NCBI GenBank assembly: GCA_964523905.1
Contig: CAZFYQ010000003.1
Location: forward strand, 28,976-92,975
DNA from: an uncultured Gammaproteobacteria bacterium
GTDB taxonomy: Bacteria > Patescibacteriota > Microgenomatia > Daviesbacterales > UBA10151
Length of the DNA stretch: 64,000 bases
Direction: 5' to 3'
Position numbers and translations under genes: made by a program. Below, in pieces: positions 56,345 through 64,000 of the stretch. How positions within the stretch are numbered: position 1 is the first letter of the stretch; the number at the start of each line of letters is the position of its first letter. The notes beneath the pieces were generated by a model. It saw only the letters and a list, made by a program, of their open reading frames with translations, was not told the origin of the DNA and did no database searches.

Positions 56345-57403
56345 ATGCAGTCACCTGACCGACAACCAACATATACAAGACGCGAAGCCATGGGCTTAAT
56401 TGGAGGGCTATTTATAGTAGCTAGTGGAATCGAAAGTGCATGTGGTCCTACTCCTTCATCTGAACCCATTCGAAGTAAATTCCCTACTGCTATTACAGCA
56501 CCGAAGGATATTGTAAGTACTATTACTGAACTTGAAAATAAACAGTCTAAAACTCAACTCCCTAGTATAGCAACCCTTACTGAACATAGCCGACTAGTGG
56601 CAGAATATTATACTCAGGCAACAGGCTCAGAAATTAATGCTTCAAGTCTTGCATCGAGAATCCATTTAGTAACGCAGGCGGAATTTAGAAGTTTGGTAGT
56701 AAAGGCAAATTCGCCCCATGTTGATGCAAGTGATGTTGATTCCGTACCGATGATGACCGATATAGCCCAGCCTGATCGACCAATTTATTCCAATATCCAA
56801 CATAAAGGTTACCTTTCCTCTAGCTTAGTTGATATACGATGGGTTAGCCCACAGGCAGATGCTGTAACTAAAATTAAAAGGACACCCATGGAATTATTTA
56901 GAGTAGCCTTACTTCATGAATTTATTCATTCAGATTTAATCACTAAATCTATCTCCCAGATGCTTAATTTAGAGAATGGCCGATTCGAGACAAAACAAGC
57001 TAATGGTTTTCAAGTAGAAGGCACATTAACTGACAGCAAGGAGCCTAAAACAATTTTTCTAGAAATTGAGGAATCTAGTGCTGTAACTCTAAGCGGCTTT
57101 TTAAACCGACCATTCACTGATGGTAAATTTATAGTACCTGACTTTGGAATTCCAGAAATCATGGGAGGTACTGTAATGCTATACAAGCTAATCACCGAAA
57201 ATGGATTGGATTATTTAGATATTGCCAGGCTGCATCGATCATCTGAAGTATTAGAAACTATGGACTTTTTAAGATCCTCACTACCAGCATTAAAAAACCC
57301 AGTACCCTCTACAAACTGGGAAATGTTAGGTGAACTAAGTAAGGGTAGCCCAAAAGGATTTAATAATTTATTTGTAGAACCTGTATTAACTAACGGTCTA
57401 TAA
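56345..57403 (+). CDS. putative lipoprotein with HExxH metallopeptidase motif
   Basis: TRREAMGL...ESAC signal, LLHEFIH, downstream EE; TTGATT-17-TATAAT promoter. Confidence 0.65.
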   Translation: MQSPDRQPTYTRREAMGLIGGLFIVASGIESACGPTPSSEPIRSKFPTAITAPKDIVSTITELENKQSKTQLPSIATLTEHSRLVAEYYTQATGSEINASSLASRIHLVTQAEFRSLVVKANSPHVDASDVDSVPMMTDIAQPDRPIYSNIQHKGYLSSSLVDIRWVSPQADAVTKIKRTPMELFRVALLHEFIHSDLITKSISQMLNLENGRFETKQANGFQVEGTLTDSKEPKTIFLEIEESSAVTLSGFLNRPFTDGKFIVPDFGIPEIMGGTVMLYKLITENGLDYLDIARLHRSSEVLETMDFLRSSLPALKNPVPSTNWEMLGELSKGSPKGFNNLFVEPVLTNGL

Positions 57404-57451
57404 TATAGCGATCAACGAATTACTCTAAAACCAGCTAGAAAACTTTAAGGA

Positions 57452-57562
57452 TTATTTACGTGTCTTGCTGCCGTAGCGCATAGTAGCATAGGCCACAATC
57501 GCAATTGCTAAGGCTAAAATTGCAAGTATTAAATAAAAAATGTAGAGTCCATCAATAATCAT
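57452..57562 (-). CDS. single-TM micropeptide (36 aa)
   Basis: MIIDGLYIFYLILAILALAIAIVAYATMRYGSKTRK. Confidence 0.62.
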   Translation of the reverse strand: MIIDGLYIFYLILAILALAIAIVAYATMRYGSKTRK

Positions 57563-57587
57563 ATGAACCGTATTTATAAAGTGCTAA

Positions 57588-57695
57588 TTAGGATTTCTTT
57601 TGGGAAACTAGGTAAGCTAATACGATCAAAATCATTACCACACCACCTGCAATATAAAAGAGTAAAATTCCATTAGTTGCGTTATCGATATTCAT
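57588..57695 (-). CDS. single-TM micropeptide (35 aa)
   Basis: MNIDNATNGILLFYIAGGVVMILIVLAYLVSQKKS, 3 nt after the upstream stop. Confidence 0.65.
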   Translation of the reverse strand: MNIDNATNGILLFYIAGGVVMILIVLAYLVSQKKS

Positions 57696-57698
57696 AAT

Positions 57699-57902
57699 TT
57701 ATAGTTTTCCTTTCTCAGCAAATAAAGCTGAAAAATATACTGCCATAATAGTTAGTAACAAACCTAATGATATCACAAACCAACTATTGTTAACAATGGA
57801 ACCTGTAAAAAAAGGTAGAATCAAGGAAGCTAGAAAAACTGCTGAAAATCCAGAAAAAATCGAAGAAAAAGCCTTATAAGAGGACTTAGTAAATTTGAAC
57901 AT
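57699..57902 (-). CDS. small two-TM membrane protein
   Basis: 67 aa; ASLILP motif resembles ASLVLP of 2648-2839. Confidence 0.7.
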   Translation of the reverse strand: MFKFTKSSYKAFSSIFSGFSAVFLASLILPFFTGSIVNNSWFVISLGLLLTIMAVYFSALFAEKGKL

Positions 57903-57922
57903 AATTTTATTATAGCAAATGA

Positions 57923-59893
57923 CTAAATACTTAATTCTTTAATCTGATCTCGGATTCTGGCGGCTTCTTCAAAGTCTAAAACTGCTGCGGCTTCTTTCAT
58001 TTCGGTTTCTAATAGTTTTATCATTTTCTGACGTTCGTCTGCCGGGATATCCTCCGGTTTTAAAATGTCTTTGCCTAATTTTTCCTGGACCTCTTCCAAT
58101 TGTTCTATTAAGCGATCACGCAAAGGCTTAATGATTGATTTAGGAGTAATGTGATGTTCCTTATTATATTGTTCCTGATACTCGCGTCGTCTGGTAACCT
58201 CATCAATAGCTGCTTTCATGGATTTGGTAACTGTATCTGCATACATAATCACATGACCATGTACATGCCGGGCTGCCCGGCCCATGGTCTGTACTAAGGA
58301 AGTTCTGGATCTTAGAAAGCCTTCTTTATCCGCATCAATAATAGCCACTAAAGATACTTCCGGCAAATCCAAACCCTCCCGAAGCAGATTAATTCCCACC
58401 AACACATCAAATTCTCCCAGTCTTAATGAATTTAAAATATCCGATCTTTCCAGGGTAGCCACATCAGAATGTAGATATTGCACTTTCAAGCCTTTTTCTT
58501 TTAGATAATCCGTTAAATCCTCGGCCATTCTTTTGGTTAGGGTCGTTACCAGCACCCGTTCACCTTGTTTAACTCGTTTCTCAATCTCTAGCTGTAAATC
58601 AGCAATCTGACCTTGAGTTGGACGAACATCAACTTTCGGATCCAATAGCCCGGTTGGTCTAATTAACTGCTCTGCAATATTGCTTCCAGCTAAGCTCAAT
58701 TCATATTCATCCGGAGTTGCAGAAGTATAAATTGCCTGATGAACCCGTCTTTGAAATTCATCAAACTTTAACGGCCGGTTATCCAAAGCAGAAGGCAGCC
58801 TAAACCCAAATTCTATTAAGGTTTCCTTGCGGGCCCGGTCCCCGTTATACATCCCCCTAATTTGTGGCAAAGTAATGTGAGACTCATCAATAATTACTAA
58901 ATAATCTTTCGGAAAGTAATTTAATAAAGAATATGGCGCAGAACCAGGCTCACGGCCATCAAAATAGCGGGAATAATTTTCAATGCCATTACAATAACCA
59001 TACTGACGAATCATTTCTAAGTCAAAATTAGTTCTTTGTTCCAACCTTTGAGCTTCTACCAGCTTACCCTGGCTTTTCAGTTCCTTTAACCTAGCTGCTA
59101 AGTCTTCTTCAATTTGTTTTATTCCCGGCACAATTCTTTGTTCCGGTGTAATGTAGTGCTTGGCTGGATAAATTACCTGAGTACCTTGTAAATCCTCAGT
59201 ATTACCGGTTAAAGGGTCTAGCTTAGCAACTTTTTCAATCTTGTCACCTAGAAACTGTAATCTGTAGCCCGTGTCTAAATATGAAGCAAAAATATCAATT
59301 GTTTCACCGCGGACCCGATATGCACCTCGTTTGAAATCAATATCGTTCCTTTCATAATACATTTTCTGGAGAATTTTCATGATTTGTTGAAACGTGGCTT
59401 TCATACCCTGGCCTACTTCTAAAATAGCCTGGCCATATTCAATTGGAGAACCCAAGTTATAAATTGCGGAAACTGACGCTACTACGACTGTATCCTTGCG
59501 GGTTAATAAGGAAGCTGTGGTGGAAAGCCGCAGCTTTTCGATCTCTTCATTAATAGAGGCATCCTTTTCTATATAGGTGTCAGATGAAGGAAGATATGCT
59601 TCTGGCTGGTAATAATCATAATAAGAAACAAAATATTCCACGGCATTATCCGGAAAGAACATTTTAAATTCCTGAGTAAGTTGTGCAGCCAGAGTCTTAT
59701 TGTGGGAAATAATCAGAGTCGGCCGCTGCACAGCTTGGATCACATTAGCCATGGTAAAAGTCTTACCAGAACCAGTTACTCCCAGCAAAACCTGGTGTTC
59801 ATCACCTTTATTTAACCCTTTAACCAGCTTTTCAATAGCCTGTGGCTGATCACCAGTTGGCTTAAATCCGGAAATAATCTTAAAATTTGGCAT
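57923..59893 (-). CDS. uvrB: excinuclease UvrB
   Basis: GVTGSGKT, YYDYYQPEAY beta-hairpin, DESH, GRAAR, C-terminal UVR domain. Confidence 0.97.
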   Translation of the reverse strand: MPNFKIISGFKPTGDQPQAIEKLVKGLNKGDEHQVLLGVTGSGKTFTMANVIQAVQRPTLIISHNKTLAAQLTQEFKMFFPDNAVEYFVSYYDYYQPEAYLPSSDTYIEKDASINEEIEKLRLSTTASLLTRKDTVVVASVSAIYNLGSPIEYGQAILEVGQGMKATFQQIMKILQKMYYERNDIDFKRGAYRVRGETIDIFASYLDTGYRLQFLGDKIEKVAKLDPLTGNTEDLQGTQVIYPAKHYITPEQRIVPGIKQIEEDLAARLKELKSQGKLVEAQRLEQRTNFDLEMIRQYGYCNGIENYSRYFDGREPGSAPYSLLNYFPKDYLVIIDESHITLPQIRGMYNGDRARKETLIEFGFRLPSALDNRPLKFDEFQRRVHQAIYTSATPDEYELSLAGSNIAEQLIRPTGLLDPKVDVRPTQGQIADLQLEIEKRVKQGERVLVTTLTKRMAEDLTDYLKEKGLKVQYLHSDVATLERSDILNSLRLGEFDVLVGINLLREGLDLPEVSLVAIIDADKEGFLRSRTSLVQTMGRAARHVHGHVIMYADTVTKSMKAAIDEVTRRREYQEQYNKEHHITPKSIIKPLRDRLIEQLEEVQEKLGKDILKPEDIPADERQKMIKLLETEMKEAAAVLDFEEAARIRDQIKELSI

Positions 59894-59936
59894 CTAGTTA
59901 TTATACAGCGAAATTTACCCGAAAAGAAGAGCTTAG

Positions 59937-60158
59937 TTAATGAGTTGGGTGGAGTTCTAATGGAAATAAAGGGACTATATTAGACTGTTCAGATAAAGGA
60001 GTAGTAGCTGTTTTAGAGACATTTAACCTTGGCTTTTTTGTGAATTCGGGTAAATCCACCCTTAAATCCACAGCTGTATGTAATGCCTGTCTTTGAAGTT
60101 CATGGATATCATTTTCCATAGTTCTTAACCGAAATTCATATTCTGAAGAAGTTGGCAT
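59937..60158 (-). CDS. hypothetical protein
   Basis: 73 aa; TAAAAT just upstream of ATG. Confidence 0.5.
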   Translation of the reverse strand: MPTSSEYEFRLRTMENDIHELQRQALHTAVDLRVDLPEFTKKPRLNVSKTATTPLSEQSNIVPLFPLELHPTH

Positions 60159-60208
60159 CAGGCTATTTTAGCATAGCAAAGATTATTTGTTGTTAATAGC
60201 AACTATCA

Positions 60209-60965
60209 ACCTGGGAGGTGGACTACGTTGACACCTAGGGAAAATTTGAATATTGTTATATTATGCCCGGAAGAAAGATTCCTCTAATTACTGGTGAGAC
60301 ATACCATGTATTTAACAGAGGTATTGATAGAAGACCCACCTTTACCAATAAAAGGGAATTAGACAGGGCTCAAAAGACCATCAGTTTTTACAATTTTTTT
60401 GAACCACCGGTTAGTTTATCAAAATTCCTAAGACTTGAGACAAAGAAGCAAAATGAAATTCTTGATGCTTTAGCCCAAAACAAGAAATTAGTTGAGATTT
60501 TTTGTTATTGCTTAATGCCTAATCATTTTCATCTATTAGTAAGACAAGAGCGAGACAAAGGAATTGCTAAATTTCTAAGCAATTTACAAAATAGTTACAC
60601 GCGATACTTTAATGTAAAACACTCCAGAGATGGTTCACTTTTTCTGGACCAATTTAAAGCCGTGCGGATAGAAACTGACGAGCAGCTCTTGCACGTATCC
60701 CGCTATATTCACTTAAATCCCCATACCGGTTTTGTGGTGAAAACTCTGGATGAACTTGAAAATTACCCTTGGTCCTCATTTCCAGATTACCTACAAAATA
60801 ATGACCAGGTTGTGGATACTGAATTCATACTAGGTTTATTTAAGAATGCTAAACAATATAAGGAGTATGTATTCGATCAAGCTGATTATCAGCGAGAATT
60901 AAGCTTAATAAAACATTTAGTTTTGGAATAATCCCTAGGTTGCCTATCTGGATAACCTCCCAGGT
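60209..60965 (+). mobile_element. RAYT2 locus with inverted terminal REP arrangement
   Basis: Left ACCTGGGAGGT...ACCTAGGGA; right TCCCTAGGT...ACCTCCCAGGT. Confidence 0.75.
60263..60931 (+). CDS. REP-associated tyrosine transposase (Y1/HUH)
   Basis: YHVFNRG, YCLMPNHFHLL, YIHLNP, YPWSS. Confidence 0.92.
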   Translation: MPGRKIPLITGETYHVFNRGIDRRPTFTNKRELDRAQKTISFYNFFEPPVSLSKFLRLETKKQNEILDALAQNKKLVEIFCYCLMPNHFHLLVRQERDKGIAKFLSNLQNSYTRYFNVKHSRDGSLFLDQFKAVRIETDEQLLHVSRYIHLNPHTGFVVKTLDELENYPWSSFPDYLQNNDQVVDTEFILGLFKNAKQYKEYVFDQADYQRELSLIKHLVLE

Positions 60966-60983
60966 GGGATTTTTAGAAAATAA

Positions 60984-61373
60984 TTAGGGCTTAATGCGGC
61001 GTTCCGTGTATTGTATTGCATCTCTAGCGCTGGAAAAACGATTGGCCACTTGATATCTAACTTCTACTGACCCAATTACTCTGGTGGACCAAACAGAAAT
61101 AGCACCATGCACATCACTTAGTTCATCACTGGCTACAGCTAATGAATGGAATACATCTCTGGCATGACCCAGTCTTTCCCTGCCCCTTTCATCCATAGGT
61201 TTGCCTTGTTCATCTATAGCGGCAGTTTCCAAGGCATAAGTAAAAGCTTGTCTAAAGTTTAAACCTTCATGGCGCATTTGGTAAGTTACACCATTTTGAT
61301 GGGCCCACCTTATTGCTTGCTCTATCTGGCGAGGTTTAAAAGAAGTAAGTTCTCTTTCTCTAAAATCTGCCAT
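60984..61373 (-). CDS. hypothetical protein (ORFan)
   Basis: 129 aa; -10-like box before ATG. Confidence 0.6.
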   Translation of the reverse strand: MADFRERELTSFKPRQIEQAIRWAHQNGVTYQMRHEGLNFRQAFTYALETAAIDEQGKPMDERGRERLGHARDVFHSLAVASDELSDVHGAISVWSTRVIGSVEVRYQVANRFSSARDAIQYTERRIKP

Positions 61374-61385
61374 GGGTGGATTTTA

Positions 61386-61754
61386 TCACACTCCAAAAGG
61401 AATAAAACCAGGAGGGAATAAAAAGGTCAGGTTATCAGTAGAATCTTCTGCTGGCTCAAACTCCACGGTATTTGCTTCAAGATATTTTCTAAATTCTTCT
61501 AGTCTGGGAGAAAATAACCTGGGGAAAGCTACAATATTTGAAGGCAGTTCCTGTTGTGGTAATAAAGCACTAAAATTTAAAGGTGGAGGTAGCACGGGCA
61601 AAGGCACATCATTAGAATCTGGATCTATTCCTCGTAAGGCATGCAGAACTGAAAGCAAGTTAGCTTCTTCTACTGTGAAGATAATTTCTGGTAAGTTTTC
61701 TAATCCGCCTTCTATTATTGTTAACTGTGGCTGCCCTTTATCAAACTCTGTCAT
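61386..61754 (-). CDS. hypothetical protein (ORFan)
   Basis: 122 aa, acidic and Pro-rich. Confidence 0.55.
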   Translation of the reverse strand: MTEFDKGQPQLTIIEGGLENLPEIIFTVEEANLLSVLHALRGIDPDSNDVPLPVLPPPLNFSALLPQQELPSNIVAFPRLFSPRLEEFRKYLEANTVEFEPAEDSTDNLTFLFPPGFIPFGV

Positions 61755-61759
61755 ATGGG

Positions 61760-61990
61760 TTATTGAAACATGATCTCACAATAATACAGACGTGAATGCG
61801 GGTCAGCAGTGGTGTTAGCAACCGGGGGATTAAGAATTTGGTCAATTTTCTTACCACGTAGGCTTGCTCTTCGGGGTTTAGGGTCTAAAAGGACCACAAC
61901 ACTAGCTAATTCTATTGCGCTGACCCTAATCTGATCAAGGTCTTCCTGCATTGCATCCAAGCGCGCTTCATTTTCTAAAGGAATTGCCAT
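61760..61990 (-). CDS. hypothetical protein
   Basis: 76 aa; TAAAAT 6 nt before ATG. Confidence 0.5.
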   Translation of the reverse strand: MAIPLENEARLDAMQEDLDQIRVSAIELASVVVLLDPKPRRASLRGKKIDQILNPPVANTTADPHSRLYYCEIMFQ

Positions 61991-62048
61991 GCCTGTATTT
62001 TACCATAAAGAAGGATTGCAAACTTGTTGAAGGTATGTTACGTTAAAA

Positions 62049-63224
62049 ATGATGTATAAATTTCTGGGGCTGCTTTTTGCTTTATCCCTAATTTTTTTGG
62101 TTTCTCCGGCTTATGCTAAAAACTTAGATAAACCCCACCAGGCTGTTTGTGGTAAACAACATGATGAATTTAACTGTCATGCCAGAGTGATTACAGATGA
62201 CCAGGGCAAACCAGCAGTGACCAACTCACCGTTTGGATACGGGCCGGTACAGTTTAGAAATGCTTATGGTGTTTCCGGTAGTGTTACTGCTCCACAGACT
62301 ATTGCCATTGTTGATGCTTATGATGACCCAAATATTTTAGCTGACTTAAATAGCTATAGTTCGGCCCTGGGAATTCCCGGGTTAAGTTCTTGTCCGGCTT
62401 CTTCTGGAACCCCCACCCATCCTTGTTTTCAAAAAGTTAACCAAAATGGCCTTAGTAATTATCCGCAAAAAAATGCCGGCTGGTCTTTAGAAATGTCTCT
62501 TGACGTAGAAACCGCCCATGCCATGTGCCAAAACTGTAATATTTTGTTGGTGGAGGCCAATTCTGCCAGCTATAGTAATTTAATGTCGGCAGTAGACCAA
62601 GCAGTGACAATGGGAGCCAAGGTGGTTTCTAATTCATACGGTTCTAATGAGTTTAGTAGTGAAACCACTTTTGATTCTCATTTTAATAAACCTGGAATTG
62701 CGTTTACTTTTAGTTCCGGTGACTCCGGGTATGGTGCCTCTTATCCAGCTGCTTCCCAATATGTCACTGCTGTTGGAGGAACAACCCTAAATTTAAACAA
62801 CAATAATTATGTCAGTGAGTCGGTGTGGAATGGAGCTGGTAGCGGTTGTAGTGTTTATGAAAGCAAACCGGGTTTCCAACATGACACAGGATGTGCTAAA
62901 AGAATGATTTCTGATGTATCAGCAGATGCAAATCCTAATACCGGAGCAGCTGTTTATGACACCACCCCTTATCAGGGGCAAAGAGGTTGGTTCCAGGTGG
63001 GCGGTACCAGTTTAGCTTCACCGATCATTGCAGCTACCTATATATATGGTGGAATTGCTGGCAGCTCAATGGCTAATAGCTTACCTTATGCTAACTCAGG
63101 AGCTCTACATGATGTTACATCAGGATCTAACGGAACCTGTAGTATTCCTTATTTATGTAATGGAGTGAGCGGATATGATGGCCCATCTGGCCTTGGTAGT
63201 CCAAACGGATCCGCAGCCTTTTAA
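62049..63224 (+). CDS. secreted S53 (sedolisin-like) serine peptidase
   Basis: Signal peptide, E...D (EMSLD), SSGDSG, GGTS. Confidence 0.88.
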   Translation: MMYKFLGLLFALSLIFLVSPAYAKNLDKPHQAVCGKQHDEFNCHARVITDDQGKPAVTNSPFGYGPVQFRNAYGVSGSVTAPQTIAIVDAYDDPNILADLNSYSSALGIPGLSSCPASSGTPTHPCFQKVNQNGLSNYPQKNAGWSLEMSLDVETAHAMCQNCNILLVEANSASYSNLMSAVDQAVTMGAKVVSNSYGSNEFSSETTFDSHFNKPGIAFTFSSGDSGYGASYPAASQYVTAVGGTTLNLNNNNYVSESVWNGAGSGCSVYESKPGFQHDTGCAKRMISDVSADANPNTGAAVYDTTPYQGQRGWFQVGGTSLASPIIAATYIYGGIAGSSMANSLPYANSGALHDVTSGSNGTCSIPYLCNGVSGYDGPSGLGSPNGSAAF

Positions 63225-63272
63225 GAAAAGCTATGATTTAGGCTATTGCTTTTTTAATTTTCTTATAGTATT

Positions 63273-64000
63273 GTGAAAAACGTGAAGCTTCTAAATAAAT
63301 TAATTTCCTCTGTTGCCATTCTCTCTTTGTTGTTTTTCCAAATGGTTACACCTTTGGAGGTGTTGGCTCAGGAAGCTACTGTTACTCCTACCCCTACTGA
63401 CACCGTACAAACTGATGCTACTCCAACACCTACTCCAACTGACTCTGTAAGTCCAACGGAAACCCCCGCCCCAACTGACCAGCCAACCGTCACTCCCGCT
63501 GACACGTCTACACCAACTCCTGCACTAACTGAAACTCCTGCTCCAACAAACACACCTACCCCAACTGAAACACAATCAGCTCCTGTTCAATTAGTAGCTT
63601 ATGTCTACACTGACCAGTCAGATTACTCACCAACTCAAAAAGTATTAATCTATGGAAAAGACTTTTCTGTAAACGAAGGCTACACTGTCAAAGTCAGCTC
63701 AACTGATGAACCAGCAGTTGAAGCTCCGCTGTCTGTAACTACAGATGCAGCTGGATCATTTTCTACAGCATACCAACTAGACGGCAACTACCGACCAAAC
63801 TATGCCGTAGCTGTGGTAGACGGTTCAGGAAATACAGTTGCTACTACAACATTTACAGACAGCACTAACAAAGTTGGAACAGTAACTGTAGGGGCACAAA
63901 GCGGATCATTAACGGCAGGTACTGCTGGTAGCGCAACGTATTTAATAACTGTCAATAGTAATGGTGGCGCTTTTACAGCGAATTTGACATTACCATCTCT
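63273..64000 (+). CDS. large secreted/surface protein with Pro/Thr-rich linker (partial)
   Basis: GTG start, signal peptide ending VLAQE, TPTPT repeats, beta-rich domains; runs off the window end. Confidence 0.8.
   Translation, partial: MKNVKLLNKLISSVAILSLLFFQMVTPLEVLAQEATVTPTPTDTVQTDATPTPTPTDSVSPTETPAPTDQPTVTPADTSTPTPALTETPAPTNTPTPTETQSAPVQLVAYVYTDQSDYSPTQKVLIYGKDFSVNEGYTVKVSSTDEPAVEAPLSVTTDAAGSFSTAYQLDGNYRPNYAVAVVDGSGNTVATTTFTDSTNKVGTVTVGAQSGSLTAGTAGSATYLITVNSNGGAFTANLTLPS

Noticed and set aside
55830-57975. Classical prophage/ICE or integron
   Set aside because: No integrase, phage or conjugation genes, and no attC-like inverted cores; the repeats are diverged gene tails rather than identical att cores.
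59894-59936. Shared SOS/LexA box upstream of uvrA, uvrB, uvrC and dinB
   Set aside because: No common palindrome was identifiable by eye.
61372-61773. Plus-strand 133-aa ORF and similar short antisense ORFs in the track
   Set aside because: They lie opposite better-supported genes and lack start signals or motifs.
63376-63575. Pro/Thr codon repeats as a DNA repeat element
   Set aside because: Ordinary low-complexity linker of a surface protein.

Overview
AT-rich chromosomal window from a small-genome bacterium. Gene content and style suggest Patescibacteria/CPR, probably Microgenomates-like (inference). A housekeeping backbone (dinB-like Pol Y, dus, trhO, obgE, DEAD-box helicase, gmk, MacAB-like ABC exporter, pgi/pmi-zwf-gnd-ROK, typA, secG, uvrC, uvrA, uvrB; tRNA-His, -Arg, -Lys; an FMN riboswitch) is interspersed with ORFans, most carrying a -10 box 6-9 nt before the start codon. 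The most striking signal is stacked, diverged relics of host gene ends. The last ~16 codons of uvrB occur three times, starting at the same codon and separating cargo cassettes. The first ~12 codons of dinB occur three times, spaced by a covarying hairpin. A short uvrC start relic is present, and tRNA 3'-half relics with a hairpin in the T-loop follow tRNA-Arg and tRNA-Lys. Together these suggest a gene-terminus-anchored cassette accretion system with no integrase in the window. Other highlights: an HTH + 6x26-aa repeat + PD-(D/E)xK protein, two REP-associated tyrosine transposases with a REP family (one doublet in-frame in dinB), a twice-occurring 2-TM protein + micropeptide module, a candidate sRNA and several unannotated small ORFs. 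All calls come from reading the sequence; no searches were run.
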